The notes under the pieces were generated by a model that saw only the letters and a list, made by a program, of their open reading frames with translations, had not been told where the DNA came from and searched no databases. From an uncultured Pseudomonadota bacterium (GTDB lineage Bacteria; Pseudomonadota; Alphaproteobacteria; RF32; CAG-239): a stretch of DNA of 64,000 nucleotides. The position numbers and the translations under genes are program-made. How positions within the stretch are numbered: position 1 is the stretch's first letter; every line of letters begins with the position of its first letter. Positions 31,806 through 41,316 of this stretch are shown piece by piece. The stretch is from NCBI GenBank assembly GCA_949295085.1, contig CASFJS010000004.1:13372-77371 (forward strand). Direction: 5' to 3'.

Positions 31806-31859
31806 ATGATCTTCATCAAAATTATTTCCTTTAATTGTCTTGTTTTCTGCGCCTTTTGA
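31806..31859 (+). other. Candidate 17-aa small ORF (MIFIKIISFNCLVFCAF), possible RiPP precursor/leader
   Basis: ATG preceded by AGGGAA. Two Cys. Lies 130 bp upstream of the radical SAM gene on the same strand. Highly speculative. Confidence 0.15.
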
Positions 31860-31871
31860 TTATTATCGGTT

Positions 31872-31888
31872 GTTAATATATCATTAAC
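31872..31888. promoter_or_regulatory. Palindrome GTTAAT-ATATC-ATTAAC in the divergent promoter region of the island
   Basis: Inverted repeat. A third GTTAAT copy lies at 31949-31954. Adjacent are TTGACA/TTGACT -35-like hexamers (31911-31927). Confidence 0.3.
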
Positions 31889-31991
31889 CATTATCGTGGT
31901 CAATATTTTTTTGACAAAATGTTGACTTTTCCCGATAAGAATGTTAGTGTTAATTGTTTTCCATTAAAAATTACCAGTTCAAGGATAAAAA

Positions 31992-33248
31992 ATGCAAGCA
32001 ACAAACTTATTCAGTCGCACAGTTCCATGTAAAAAAGAGCTAATTAAAGAAGATACCTCTGCTTATTTGGGAACGGAAACATATTCTATTATGAAAAATA
32101 GCTTATTACGCATATCCCCCAATGGAACTCTTGCAATTTCAGGAAAAACAATAAATAGTGTTTTATTCTTAGACAATGAAATGGTTGAGCTTCTTCAACA
32201 ACCGACTTTCACGTTGAATGGAATGCCGCAGTCCGTCGTTCAGAATTTATTAAGCCATGAACTAATAGAACAAACCGACAGGCCTAATTCTTTTAAAAAA
32301 GTCCATTGTCTAAATAACGCCTTGCCATATTATGGCAGAATTGAAATTACCGACGCTTGCCAATGTGATTGTGATATTTGTTATAAAGCGGGAATTCCTA
32401 CTCCTCCACCATCTCTGGATATTCTGAAAAAACGAATCAAGCATTTAAGAAAGCTGGGAATTACCAGACTTGAAATTTTAGGCGGCGAACCATTGCTCAG
32501 AAAAGATTTGCCTGAACTCTGTGATTTTGTAACTAAAGAAAACTTTTTATACACGATTGTAACTAACGGTGAGTATTTATCCTCGTTGGATAAAAGAGCC
32601 ATTAACTCATTAAAAAGCGCAAGTGATGTAATTATAAGTATTGACTCATACGGAGAATTACACGACAAAAGCAGAAAACGTCCGGGACTTTTTGCTAAAG
32701 ATATAGAGGGGATTCAGGTATTAAAAGAAAATGGTATCAACTGCTCTTTGTTATGTACTGTTAATCAGGATAATGAACCTGGCATTGACCAATTAGTCGA
32801 ATACCTAAAACCCTTTGAAGTTAATTTATTTATCCGGCCGACAATAATTGCCGGAGCTGCTGCTAACAACGAATTGCAAAATGTTGATATGCGCCGCATT
32901 TACGAAAAACACAAAAATAATCCGTACGTTTTTCATAATACCGTTCATTTAGCTGACAAAATTCCAGAATCAAAATATTATGGTTGCGATATTCGACAAC
33001 TGATTAATATTGATGTAAATGGCCGTCTACTAATTTGTCATATGGATCGTAAGCATAAAAAGGGGCCTATTGAGAAATATACTCCGGAAATGTTATTACA
33101 AGAATTGGATTTTACCCTGCGCTCACGCTTAAAAAAACAGGAAACCTGTAAGGATTGTGATGTTAACAGTTCATCAGAAGGAATTAAATGTGGGGGATTT
33201 TGCCAATTTTCAAATACTTTTATCAAAAATAAAATAAAAGAACGCTAA
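31992..33248 (+). CDS. Radical SAM / SPASM-domain protein with N-terminal RRE-like extension (peptide-modifying maturase-like)
   Basis: CQCDCDIC fits CxxxCxxC. Glycine-rich SAM motif (LEILGGEPLL). C-terminal Cys cluster CKDCDV...CGGFC (SPASM/twitch-like). About 120 aa of non-rSAM N-terminal domain. Confidence 0.7.
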   Translation: MQATNLFSRTVPCKKELIKEDTSAYLGTETYSIMKNSLLRISPNGTLAISGKTINSVLFLDNEMVELLQQPTFTLNGMPQSVVQNLLSHELIEQTDRPNSFKKVHCLNNALPYYGRIEITDACQCDCDICYKAGIPTPPPSLDILKKRIKHLRKLGITRLEILGGEPLLRKDLPELCDFVTKENFLYTIVTNGEYLSSLDKRAINSLKSASDVIISIDSYGELHDKSRKRPGLFAKDIEGIQVLKENGINCSLLCTVNQDNEPGIDQLVEYLKPFEVNLFIRPTIIAGAAANNELQNVDMRRIYEKHKNNPYVFHNTVHLADKIPESKYYGCDIRQLINIDVNGRLLICHMDRKHKKGPIEKYTPEMLLQELDFTLRSRLKKQETCKDCDVNSSSEGIKCGGFCQFSNTFIKNKIKER

Positions 33249-33319
33249 TTATGAATGGAAAATTTTATGATGAGCTATTTATAGGTCATTTAATATCTAT
33301 CAAAAAAAGCCTCTTAATT

Positions 33320-33370
33320 TTGAACTGTCCCCGGAAAGTTGGACAGTTCACTTCGGAGGGGCTTTTTACG
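33320..33370. repeat. Right boundary repeat of the AT-rich island (inverted copy of 27353-27402)
   Basis: TTGAACTGTCCCCGGAAAGTTGGACAGTTCA...GGGGCTTTTTACG is the reverse complement of the left copy. It doubles as a bidirectional terminator. Confidence 0.7.
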
Positions 33371-33381
33371 ATGGATAACGG

Positions 33382-33696
33382 TTATTTTTCAAGCCCGTCG
33401 ATCAGTGGATTGTTTTTAACTTTTTTTATCAAAACCTGATAATCGCGCAAAACATCATCGCCGGCCTTGTTGTGCTCCAGCACCACAATCCGGTTGCAAT
33501 TATTGAGGGCTTCAACAATCTTGGCGGGAATATAATCAAGCAGCAAAACATCATGGTCGTTTCGGAACAACGTTGCGTGTTTCCCGCCGTCATAAAGCAA
33601 CAACGGCCTTTCCGGCTTCGCTCTTTCATAAGGCAGCACAAACACCGGCACACCCTCATCGCTCAAAACAATCTGATAATCCTTTGCGTGTTTCAT
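33382..33696 (-). CDS. Hypothetical protein
   Basis: 104-aa ORF with host-like GC, coupled to the next ORF. Confidence 0.3.
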   Translation of the reverse strand: MKHAKDYQIVLSDEGVPVFVLPYERAKPERPLLLYDGGKHATLFRNDHDVLLLDYIPAKIVEALNNCNRIVVLEHNKAGDDVLRDYQVLIKKVKNNPLIDGLEK

Positions 33697-33968
33697 TAAC
33701 TGAGTCTTTCTTTGGCCTTTTTCTGCAAAGAGATAGCTTTGTCAATTGTCCAATCGGCGGCTTTAACGCTTTTGTCATACAAAAATTCACCAATGCCGAA
33801 ATTCATCCCCGGCGCCATCTGGTCAGCCATATTTTTGGCGCCGCCGACAAATAATTTGGCCGTTTCGGCAGTAAATTTTAAGCCGTATTTTGCAGCCTTG
33901 GAGGCGATAATTGTCGCGCTCAGGCCGGCTTTTCCGGCGGTTTTTAATGTTTTTTCCATGGTCGGCAT
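33696..33968 (-). CDS. Hypothetical protein
   Basis: 90-aa ORF, Ala/Lys-rich. Confidence 0.25.
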   Translation of the reverse strand: MPTMEKTLKTAGKAGLSATIIASKAAKYGLKFTAETAKLFVGGAKNMADQMAPGMNFGIGEFLYDKSVKAADWTIDKAISLQKKAKERLS

Positions 33969-34290
33969 AAATTTTCTCCCAATTATGATAACTAAAGGTT
34001 AACACAATTTTAACTTTTTGGCAAGTGGCAAAAATTTACCTCCGGCGGTAATGAGGTAATCAATTAAAGAAAATGCACGTTAATTTCCGGTTGACTCTCG
34101 ATATTTGTTGTATTAAATTCCTGCAATGAAGCCAATCGCAAGTTGTAAGGTTTTTTTGATATGTGTTTGTTTATGATCATAGCCGCCCGCGGCATTATTA
34201 TCCCCTAGGGGGATTTACGCTTTTTTACACATATCGTTTTTTAGTTTTCAAAGATACAATCATTTATTTGTTTTTAAGGTGTTTTAAGAG

Positions 34291-37200
34291 ATGAAACATT
34301 ATGCGGATGTTAAGGCAAAGCCTGACTTTGTCGAATTGGAAAAAGAGGTTTTGAAGTTCTGGGATGAGGACAAGACTTTTGAAAAATCGGTGCACAATCG
34401 CGACGGCGCGGCCGAGTTTGTGTTTTATGACGGACCGCCGTTTGCCAACGGCACGCCGCACTACGGCCACATCATGGTGTCTTATGTCAAGGACGTCGTC
34501 GCCCGTTTTCAGACTATGAACGGCAAAAAGGTTGAGCGCCGTTTGGGCTGGGACTGCCACGGCCTGCCGGCCGAAATGTCCGCCGAAAAACAGCTCGGTG
34601 TTTCCGGACGCAAGCAGATCGAGGCCTACGGGGTTGAAAAGTTCAACAATTTCTGCCGTTCCGATGTCTTAAAATATTCCGGCATCTGGGTCGATATGTT
34701 CAAGCGTATCGGCCGCTGGGTAGATTTCAACCACGACTATAAGACCATGGACCTGCCGTTTATGGAAAGCGTCATCAGCAACTTCAAACAGCTTTATGAC
34801 AAGGGCTTGGTCTATGAGGACTACCGCGTTTTGCCGTACTCTTGGGCCGCCGAAACTCCGCTGTCAAATTTTGAGGTCAATCAGGGCTATCAGGACAAAA
34901 CCGACAACGCCATTACCGTGATGTTCAAGCTTGAAAACGGCATGAAAATTCTGGTTTGGACCACTACGCCGTGGACCCTGCCGTCCAATCTGATGTTGGC
35001 GGTGGGCGATGATATCGACTATGTCGTTATGGAAGAAGACGGCCAGAAGTATATCTTGGCGCGCGCGCTGCTCGGTCGCTATAAAAAGCAGCTTGAGCAC
35101 GCCGTTGAGGCGGGCTCCTTAAAAGGGCGTGATCTGGTCGGTATGAGCTACGAGCCGATGTTCCCGTACTTCAAACACTTAAAAGACAAGGGCTGTTTCA
35201 AAGTCTTGTCCGGCGAGTTTGTTTCAACCGAGGACGGTACCGGCGTGGTTCATATTGCCCCCGGCTTTGGTCAGGACGACTTTGACGCCTGCCGCGCGTA
35301 TGACGAGCATTTTCCGGTTGTCTGTCCGGTAGATGAGGCCGGCAAATTTACCGCCGAAGTGTCTGATTACGAGGGCAAACAGGTTTTTGAAACCAACGAG
35401 CCGATTATGCAGTGGCTCAAAGAAAACGGCCTTTTGGTCAAAAAAGAACAATACACCCACTCTTATCCTTTCTGCTGGCGTACCGACACGCCGCTGATTT
35501 ACAAAGCAATGTCGTCGTGGTTTGTCCGCGTAACCGACTTCCGCGACGATATGGTCAAAAACAACCGGCAGATTAACTGGGTGCCGGAGCATATCAAAGA
35601 CGGCCGTTTTGGCAAATGGCTTGAGGGCGCGCGTGACTGGTCAATTTCGCGCAACCGTTTTTGGGGCACGCCGATTCCGGTCTGGAAGTCAGATAATCCG
35701 GCCTATCCGCGGGTTGATGTTTTCGGCTCCATCGCCGAGATAAAGGCCAAAACCGGATTTGATGTCGTCGATTTGCACAAACCTTATATTGACGAAGTTG
35801 TTTACCCCAATCCGGACGATCCTTCCGGCAAGACGATGATGCGTCGCGTCGGCGATGTGTTCGACTGCTGGTTTGAATCCGGCTCCATGCCTTATGCTCA
35901 GGTGCACTATCCGTTTGAGAACAAAGAGTGGTTTGAGAGCCATTTTCCGGCTGATTTTATTGTCGAGGCCATGGACCAGACCCGCGGTTGGTTTTATACC
36001 CTGACGGTATTGTCAACCGCGCTGCACAATCGTCCGGCGTTCAAAAACTGCATTTGCACCGGTCTGTTGATGGCTGAAGGCGGACAAAAGCTTTCCAAAC
36101 GCCTTAAGAATTATCCTGACCCGAACGAGGTTTTGGACACCATCGGCTCGGATGTTTTGCGTTGGTTTTTGGTATCTTCGCCGGTATTAAAAGGCGGCAA
36201 TCTGGCGGTTGACAAAGAGGGCAAAGAGATTGCCAAAGCCGCCCGCGAGGCTTTGATACCGTTATGGAACGCGTTTTACTTCTTTACGCTCTATGCCAAT
36301 GCCGAAAGCTACAGGGCCAAAGAGGTTTACGCCTCAACCGAGGCGATGGACAATTATATTCTGTCCAAATTGCAAAAAACGGCCACGATAGTCAAAAACG
36401 GCTTGGAAACCTATAATGTCGCTGTCGCTTGTGATGAGATTGCCGCATTTATTGAGGTCTTAAACAACTGGTATATCCGCCGTTGCCGCGATCGTTTTTG
36501 GGAGGGCGAGCCTCTGGCATTTGATGTCTTGTACACCGTTTTGCTCAATTTGAGCAAGATTGCCGCGCCGCTGATGCCCTTTGTCGCCGAATATGTTTAC
36601 AAAACCCTAAGCGGCGGCGAATCCGTTCATCTGGCGGACTATCCGGATCTGTCGGCAATAAAATTTGATGCCGCGCTGGTTGAGGATATGGACTTTTTGC
36701 AGGATTTGTGCTCGGCGGCCAAGTTCATCCGCGAAGAAAAGAACCTTCGCAACCGCCTGCCGCTCAAGTCGCTGACCGTTGTCGGCCGTGATCTGCCGGC
36801 GGCTTATGGCGAAATTGTCAAAGATGAGCTAAACGTCAAAGAGGTTTTGTTTGACGCCAATTTGAGCGCCTATGCCGACAAAAAGATTTATCTTTATACG
36901 CCGCTTTTGGGCAAAGCTCTGGGCAAAGAAATGGGCGCGGTAATGGCTGCCTACAAGCAGGGGCATTGGAGCCTCAATGCCGACGGAACTTTGGCGATTG
37001 CCGGCCATAATCTGACCAAAGATTTGTTCGAAGTTCGGCTGGAGATGAAAGAGGGCGTTGCCGGCCGTGCCTTTGCCGATAACAAGGCCTTGGTCACGTT
37101 AAACACGACCGTAACGCCGGAACTCAAACGCGAGGGTATGGCGCGCGACTTCATTCGTCTGGTGCAAACGCTGCGCAAGGATAAAGACTTTAATATTTCC

Positions 37201-37377
37201 GACCGTATAGAGCTGAGCTATGCCACTGACAATACCGAGTTGGCGCGGGCGCTGGAAGAAAATCGTGCCTATATTGCCGAGCAGGTTTTGGCAGTAAAGG
37301 TCGATAACTCCTGCGCCGGAGGTACCAAAGCCGATATTGAGGGCGCCGCCGTTTGCTTTGACGCTAAGGTCGCCTGA
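34291..37377 (+). CDS. ileS: Isoleucine--tRNA ligase, type 2 (eukaryote-like)
   Basis: PPFANGTPHYGHI HIGH region is characteristic of type-2 IleRS. KMSKS motif (KLSKRL). 1028 aa. No C-terminal Zn-finger of type 1. Confidence 0.85.
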   Translation: MKHYADVKAKPDFVELEKEVLKFWDEDKTFEKSVHNRDGAAEFVFYDGPPFANGTPHYGHIMVSYVKDVVARFQTMNGKKVERRLGWDCHGLPAEMSAEKQLGVSGRKQIEAYGVEKFNNFCRSDVLKYSGIWVDMFKRIGRWVDFNHDYKTMDLPFMESVISNFKQLYDKGLVYEDYRVLPYSWAAETPLSNFEVNQGYQDKTDNAITVMFKLENGMKILVWTTTPWTLPSNLMLAVGDDIDYVVMEEDGQKYILARALLGRYKKQLEHAVEAGSLKGRDLVGMSYEPMFPYFKHLKDKGCFKVLSGEFVSTEDGTGVVHIAPGFGQDDFDACRAYDEHFPVVCPVDEAGKFTAEVSDYEGKQVFETNEPIMQWLKENGLLVKKEQYTHSYPFCWRTDTPLIYKAMSSWFVRVTDFRDDMVKNNRQINWVPEHIKDGRFGKWLEGARDWSISRNRFWGTPIPVWKSDNPAYPRVDVFGSIAEIKAKTGFDVVDLHKPYIDEVVYPNPDDPSGKTMMRRVGDVFDCWFESGSMPYAQVHYPFENKEWFESHFPADFIVEAMDQTRGWFYTLTVLSTALHNRPAFKNCICTGLLMAEGGQKLSKRLKNYPDPNEVLDTIGSDVLRWFLVSSPVLKGGNLAVDKEGKEIAKAAREALIPLWNAFYFFTLYANAESYRAKEVYASTEAMDNYILSKLQKTATIVKNGLETYNVAVACDEIAAFIEVLNNWYIRRCRDRFWEGEPLAFDVLYTVLLNLSKIAAPLMPFVAEYVYKTLSGGESVHLADYPDLSAIKFDAALVEDMDFLQDLCSAAKFIREEKNLRNRLPLKSLTVVGRDLPAAYGEIVKDELNVKEVLFDANLSAYADKKIYLYTPLLGKALGKEMGAVMAAYKQGHWSLNADGTLAIAGHNLTKDLFEVRLEMKEGVAGRAFADNKALVTLNTTVTPELKREGMARDFIRLVQTLRKDKDFNISDRIELSYATDNTELARALEENRAYIAEQVLAVKVDNSCAGGTKADIEGAAVCFDAKVA

Positions 37378-37476
37378 ACCAAATATTGGCCACTCAAAAA
37401 ACTCGTCATCGCCGTGCATGCCCCTGGTAATGTCACGCCGCCTCGTTGTAGGAAAAAGCCTGAGGAACAGCTTTTG

Positions 37477-40071
37477 CTATCCTTTACGGTTTTTGCCTTT
37501 GACAATTTCCAATTCGCCGTTTAACACGATAATGTCCGCCGTGTCATTGTCGCAGATATCGCCGTTCAATATTTTAATCGCCAACTTGTTTTCGATATTG
37601 GTTTTAAGCAGGCGTTTGAGCGGCCGCGCGCCATAAACCGGATCATAACCGTTGTTGACAATCCAGACAAACGCCGTATCGTGAACATTGAGCTTGATGT
37701 TGCGCGGGCTCAGGCGCTTTTCGATATTGGCAATCTGAATCTTGGCAATATCTTTGATATTGTTTTTATCCAGTTTGTGAAAGATGGTAATTTCATCAAT
37801 CCGGTTGATAAACTCCGGCCTAAACGACGCTTTAACAATATCCATCACCTGAGCGCGGATTTTTTTGCCGTCATCGGCGCCGGTCGCGTTGCTCAAAATA
37901 TCCGATCCGAGGTTTGAGGTCATGATAATCAGCGTATTTTTGAAATCAACCGTGCGACCCTGTCCGTCGGTCAGGCGCCCGTCGTCTAAGACCTGCAGCA
38001 GGACGTTAAAGATATCCGGATGAGCTTTTTCCACTTCATCAAACAAAATCACCTGATACGGCCGACGACGTACCGCTTCGGTCAAAAATCCGCCTTCCTC
38101 ATAGCCGACATACCCCGGCGGCGAACCGATAAGCCTGGCCACCGAATGCTTTTCCATATATTCGGACATATCAACCCGCAAAATAGCTTTTTCGTCATTA
38201 AACAAAAATTCCGCCACGGCTTTACTGAGTTCGGTTTTGCCCACGCCGGTTGGGCCGAGGAACAAAAAGGAGCCGATTGGCTGTCCGGCATCGGATATAC
38301 CGGCACGCGAACGCCTGATGGCATTAGCCACGGCCGATATGGCTTCTTTTTGACCAACCACGCGTTTGCTCAAGAATTCTTCCATATGCAAAAGCTTTTC
38401 TTTTTCGCCGGCCAGCATTTTGTCAACCGGAATACCGGTGCGTTTGGATACCACATGGGCAATATCTTCTTCGGTTACTGTTTCGGTAAAGCTGTTGCGT
38501 TTGTTTTCAACTTTGCTTTCGGCCTCGTTAATCTTTCTTTCGAGCTCGGGAATAATACTGTACTGCAGCTCGCCGGCGCGTTCAAGCTTACCCTCGCGCT
38601 TGGCAATCTCAACTTCAATCCGTGCTTTGTCCAGTTTGTCTTTTAAGACCGTAAAGTCGGCCAGTCCCTGCTTATCTTCACGCCATTTGTCTCCCAAACC
38701 TTTGGCTTTTTTCTCCAGTCCGTCGATTTCATAATTAATCAGCTCCAGCCGCTCTTTGGATTTGGCGTCGGTTTCACGCTTAAGTCCTTCGCGCTCGATT
38801 TTAAGTTGCAAAATACGCCGGTCCAGTTCGTCCAGTTCTTCCGGCTTGGAGTCAATGGCCATGCGCAGGGCGCTGGCGGCCTCGTCCATCAGGTCAATGG
38901 CCTTATCCGGCAAAAAGCGGTCGGTAATATAGCGGTTAGACAGAGTTGCCGCGGCGATTAAGGCGCTGTCGGCGATTCGAACGCCGTGATGCAGCTCAAA
39001 TTTTTCTTTAATACCGCGCAGGATGGATACCGTATCTTCCACCGTCGGCTCGGCCACATAAATTTCCTGAAAACGGCGCGCCAACGCCGCGTCTTTTTCA
39101 ACATATTTCTTATATTCATTTAACGTCGTGGCGCCCATACAATGCAGTTCGCCGCGAGCCAGAGCCGGTTTCAACAAGTTTGACGCATCCATGGCGCCTT
39201 CGGTCGCTCCGGCACCGACCAGCGTGTGCATCTCATCAATAAACAAAATAATCTCGCCTTCTGATGCTTCAATATCTTTCAACACGGCTTTTAAGCGTTC
39301 TTCAAACTCGCCGCGAAATTTGGCGCCGGCAATCAATGCGCCCAGATCAAGCGCCAACAACCGCTTACCGACCAGACTTTCCGGTACATCGTTATTCACG
39401 ATACGGATAGCCAGTCCTTCGACAATGGCCGTCTTGCCCACACCCGGCTCGCCGATTAAAACCGGATTGTTTTTGGTGCGCCGCGACAACACTTGAATTG
39501 CCCGGCGAATTTCCTGCTCACGCCCGATAACCGGATCAAGTTTGCCTTCCTTGGCCTTGGCGGTGATATCAATGGTAAATTTCTTGAGGGCTTCAAAATT
39601 GTCTTCGCTGGTTTCGGAATCGGCCAGCCGCCCCTTACGATAATCATTAATCGCCTGATTAAGCCGTGCCGCATCAACACCGCCGGCTTTCAAAATATCA
39701 TAAGCACTGTTTCCGGCTGTCACACTCAGTGCTTGTAACAGGCGTTCAATCGTCACGAATTTGTCATTGGCTTTGTCGGCCAGATTTTCCGCAGCCATCA
39801 TTACCGCGGTAAATTCCTGATTCATCAGTGTCTGCACGCCGGAACCGCCGACCTGAGGGAGTTTGGCAAAGCCGTCATCAGTCTTTTCTTTAATCTGGTT
39901 AAGATTTCCGCCGGACTTGACAATCAAGTCGTCAATCAGTTGATTTTTGCCGTCAAGCAAAACTTTCAACAAATGTAACGGCGTAATATATTGATTTTTA
40001 TGAGCCGCGGCCAACTGCACCACGGCTTCGATAATCTCTTTAGATTTAGCTGTTAGTTTATCAAAATCCAT
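37477..40071 (-). CDS. clpB: Chaperone ClpB
   Basis: Two AAA+ modules (GEPGVGKT; GPTGVGKT), coiled-coil middle domain, about 865 aa. Start placed at MDFDKLT. Confidence 0.92.
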   Translation of the reverse strand: MDFDKLTAKSKEIIEAVVQLAAAHKNQYITPLHLLKVLLDGKNQLIDDLIVKSGGNLNQIKEKTDDGFAKLPQVGGSGVQTLMNQEFTAVMMAAENLADKANDKFVTIERLLQALSVTAGNSAYDILKAGGVDAARLNQAINDYRKGRLADSETSEDNFEALKKFTIDITAKAKEGKLDPVIGREQEIRRAIQVLSRRTKNNPVLIGEPGVGKTAIVEGLAIRIVNNDVPESLVGKRLLALDLGALIAGAKFRGEFEERLKAVLKDIEASEGEIILFIDEMHTLVGAGATEGAMDASNLLKPALARGELHCMGATTLNEYKKYVEKDAALARRFQEIYVAEPTVEDTVSILRGIKEKFELHHGVRIADSALIAAATLSNRYITDRFLPDKAIDLMDEAASALRMAIDSKPEELDELDRRILQLKIEREGLKRETDAKSKERLELINYEIDGLEKKAKGLGDKWREDKQGLADFTVLKDKLDKARIEVEIAKREGKLERAGELQYSIIPELERKINEAESKVENKRNSFTETVTEEDIAHVVSKRTGIPVDKMLAGEKEKLLHMEEFLSKRVVGQKEAISAVANAIRRSRAGISDAGQPIGSFLFLGPTGVGKTELSKAVAEFLFNDEKAILRVDMSEYMEKHSVARLIGSPPGYVGYEEGGFLTEAVRRRPYQVILFDEVEKAHPDIFNVLLQVLDDGRLTDGQGRTVDFKNTLIIMTSNLGSDILSNATGADDGKKIRAQVMDIVKASFRPEFINRIDEITIFHKLDKNNIKDIAKIQIANIEKRLSPRNIKLNVHDTAFVWIVNNGYDPVYGARPLKRLLKTNIENKLAIKILNGDICDNDTADIIVLNGELEIVKGKNRKG

Positions 40072-40094
40072 AATTTCAATGCCTCCGCTTCCAT

Positions 40095-40140
40095 AGATAT
40101 AATATAGGAAATCACGGGGCATAAAATCAAGAGGTTGCTA
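40095..40140 (-). promoter_or_regulatory. Putative sigma-32 (RpoH)-type promoter for clpB
   Basis: On the minus strand: CTTG-N19-CCTATATT, close to the alphaproteobacterial RpoH consensus CTTG-N17/18-CYTATNT, about 25 nt upstream of the clpB ATG. Confidence 0.35.
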
Positions 40141-41280
40141 AGTCGTTTTTTTCTTTAAGTGAATAAAGGCAATATCCGCCGGGGCCAGCAACCTCATGGA
40201 TGGTCCCCATGTTCCGGCTCCGCGCGATACAAACAAATCCGTATCATTAACTTTGAAGACCCCCGCCAGATAGCGGTTGGCTTGTTTTACAAAAATATGA
40301 AACGGAAAAATCTGTCCGCCGTGCGTATGTCCCGACAATACCAGATCAACCAAACCGCTGCTCAAACTGTCAACAATATTCGGCGTATGAGACAACAAAA
40401 TTTTGTAATCGTCATTGGTTGAGTTTTTAAGCGTTCTCCACAGGTTAACCCGCTCGTACATCGTTCCCAAATCAGGTATGCCGCAAAGAAATACATTGGC
40501 ATGGCCGATATGGACTCCGCCGTTGAACAAAAAAGTTAAATTGTGGTCATTCAAGACACGTTTTGACGTATAAATATCGTTATAAAACTCATGGTTTCCC
40601 ATAATACTATAGACACCGAACGGTGCGCTGAGCTCTTTTAAGGCGCTTAACTGCTGCTCGATTAAGACCGTATTATCATCAATAGTATCACCGGTCAGAA
40701 CGATAACGTCGGGATTGAGCATATTGACCGCATTGACCAATTGCCGGATTCTGGCAACGGGTGTTGCCCGGTTAATGTGCAAATCACTGATTTGAATGAT
40801 ACTCATATCCTGGGTAATTTTGTCAGAATAAAAAGTAAGCTCTTTAACGGCAGGCTGTTTGTAGCCCTGATAGAGGGCATAACCGCCGACGACAATGGTA
40901 AAAACAACCACCAAAGCATTAGCCCGGCCGAGCAAAGATAGGTTTTTCGGGTGAATGTGCCAGCCGCTTCGTCCCATGAGCCGGGCAATACCGTAAAAGG
41001 CATACCAGACGATATCGCGCAGCATAATGGTTATAAATAAAATAAAAACAAACCCCATCAAGACATACAATGTATGAGACACAAAAGCGTAAACATCCAG
41101 CGGCAAGTAATCGCCGCCGGACAAAAACCACATAACCAGCGGGGCAAACCACCCCGCAATAACCACGACGGATACGATGATTTTATAAACAATTTTCAAA
41201 TCACTGTAACCGACCAAAGTTTTAATGGTAATGGCCGAACATGAAATGGCTAAGATTAAAACTGCAAAAAAGAAAAACAT
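40138..41280 (-). CDS. Membrane-anchored metallophosphoesterase
   Basis: N-terminal TM helices. Calcineurin-like motifs (GDTID..., GNHEF, GHTH). Confidence 0.65.
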   Translation of the reverse strand: MFFFFAVLILAISCSAITIKTLVGYSDLKIVYKIIVSVVVIAGWFAPLVMWFLSGGDYLPLDVYAFVSHTLYVLMGFVFILFITIMLRDIVWYAFYGIARLMGRSGWHIHPKNLSLLGRANALVVVFTIVVGGYALYQGYKQPAVKELTFYSDKITQDMSIIQISDLHINRATPVARIRQLVNAVNMLNPDVIVLTGDTIDDNTVLIEQQLSALKELSAPFGVYSIMGNHEFYNDIYTSKRVLNDHNLTFLFNGGVHIGHANVFLCGIPDLGTMYERVNLWRTLKNSTNDDYKILLSHTPNIVDSLSSGLVDLVLSGHTHGGQIFPFHIFVKQANRYLAGVFKVNDTDLFVSRGAGTWGPSMRLLAPADIAFIHLKKKTT

Positions 41281-41316
41281 AATATTCTTCCCTCCTGAGT
41301 TAATATCCGATATCGG

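Noticed and set aside
33251-33439. 62-aa plus-strand ORF after the radical SAM gene.
   Set aside because: It spans the boundary hairpin/terminator and the 3' end of a minus-strand gene, with no RBS. It is spurious.
40072-40140. Classical E. coli-type sigma-32 promoter (CTTGAAA-N13-15-CCCCATNT) upstream of clpB.
   Set aside because: CTTGATT and CCCCGTGAT are present but only 5 nt apart. Only the alphaproteobacterial CTTG-N17-19-CYTATNT arrangement fits, and that is reported with low confidence.
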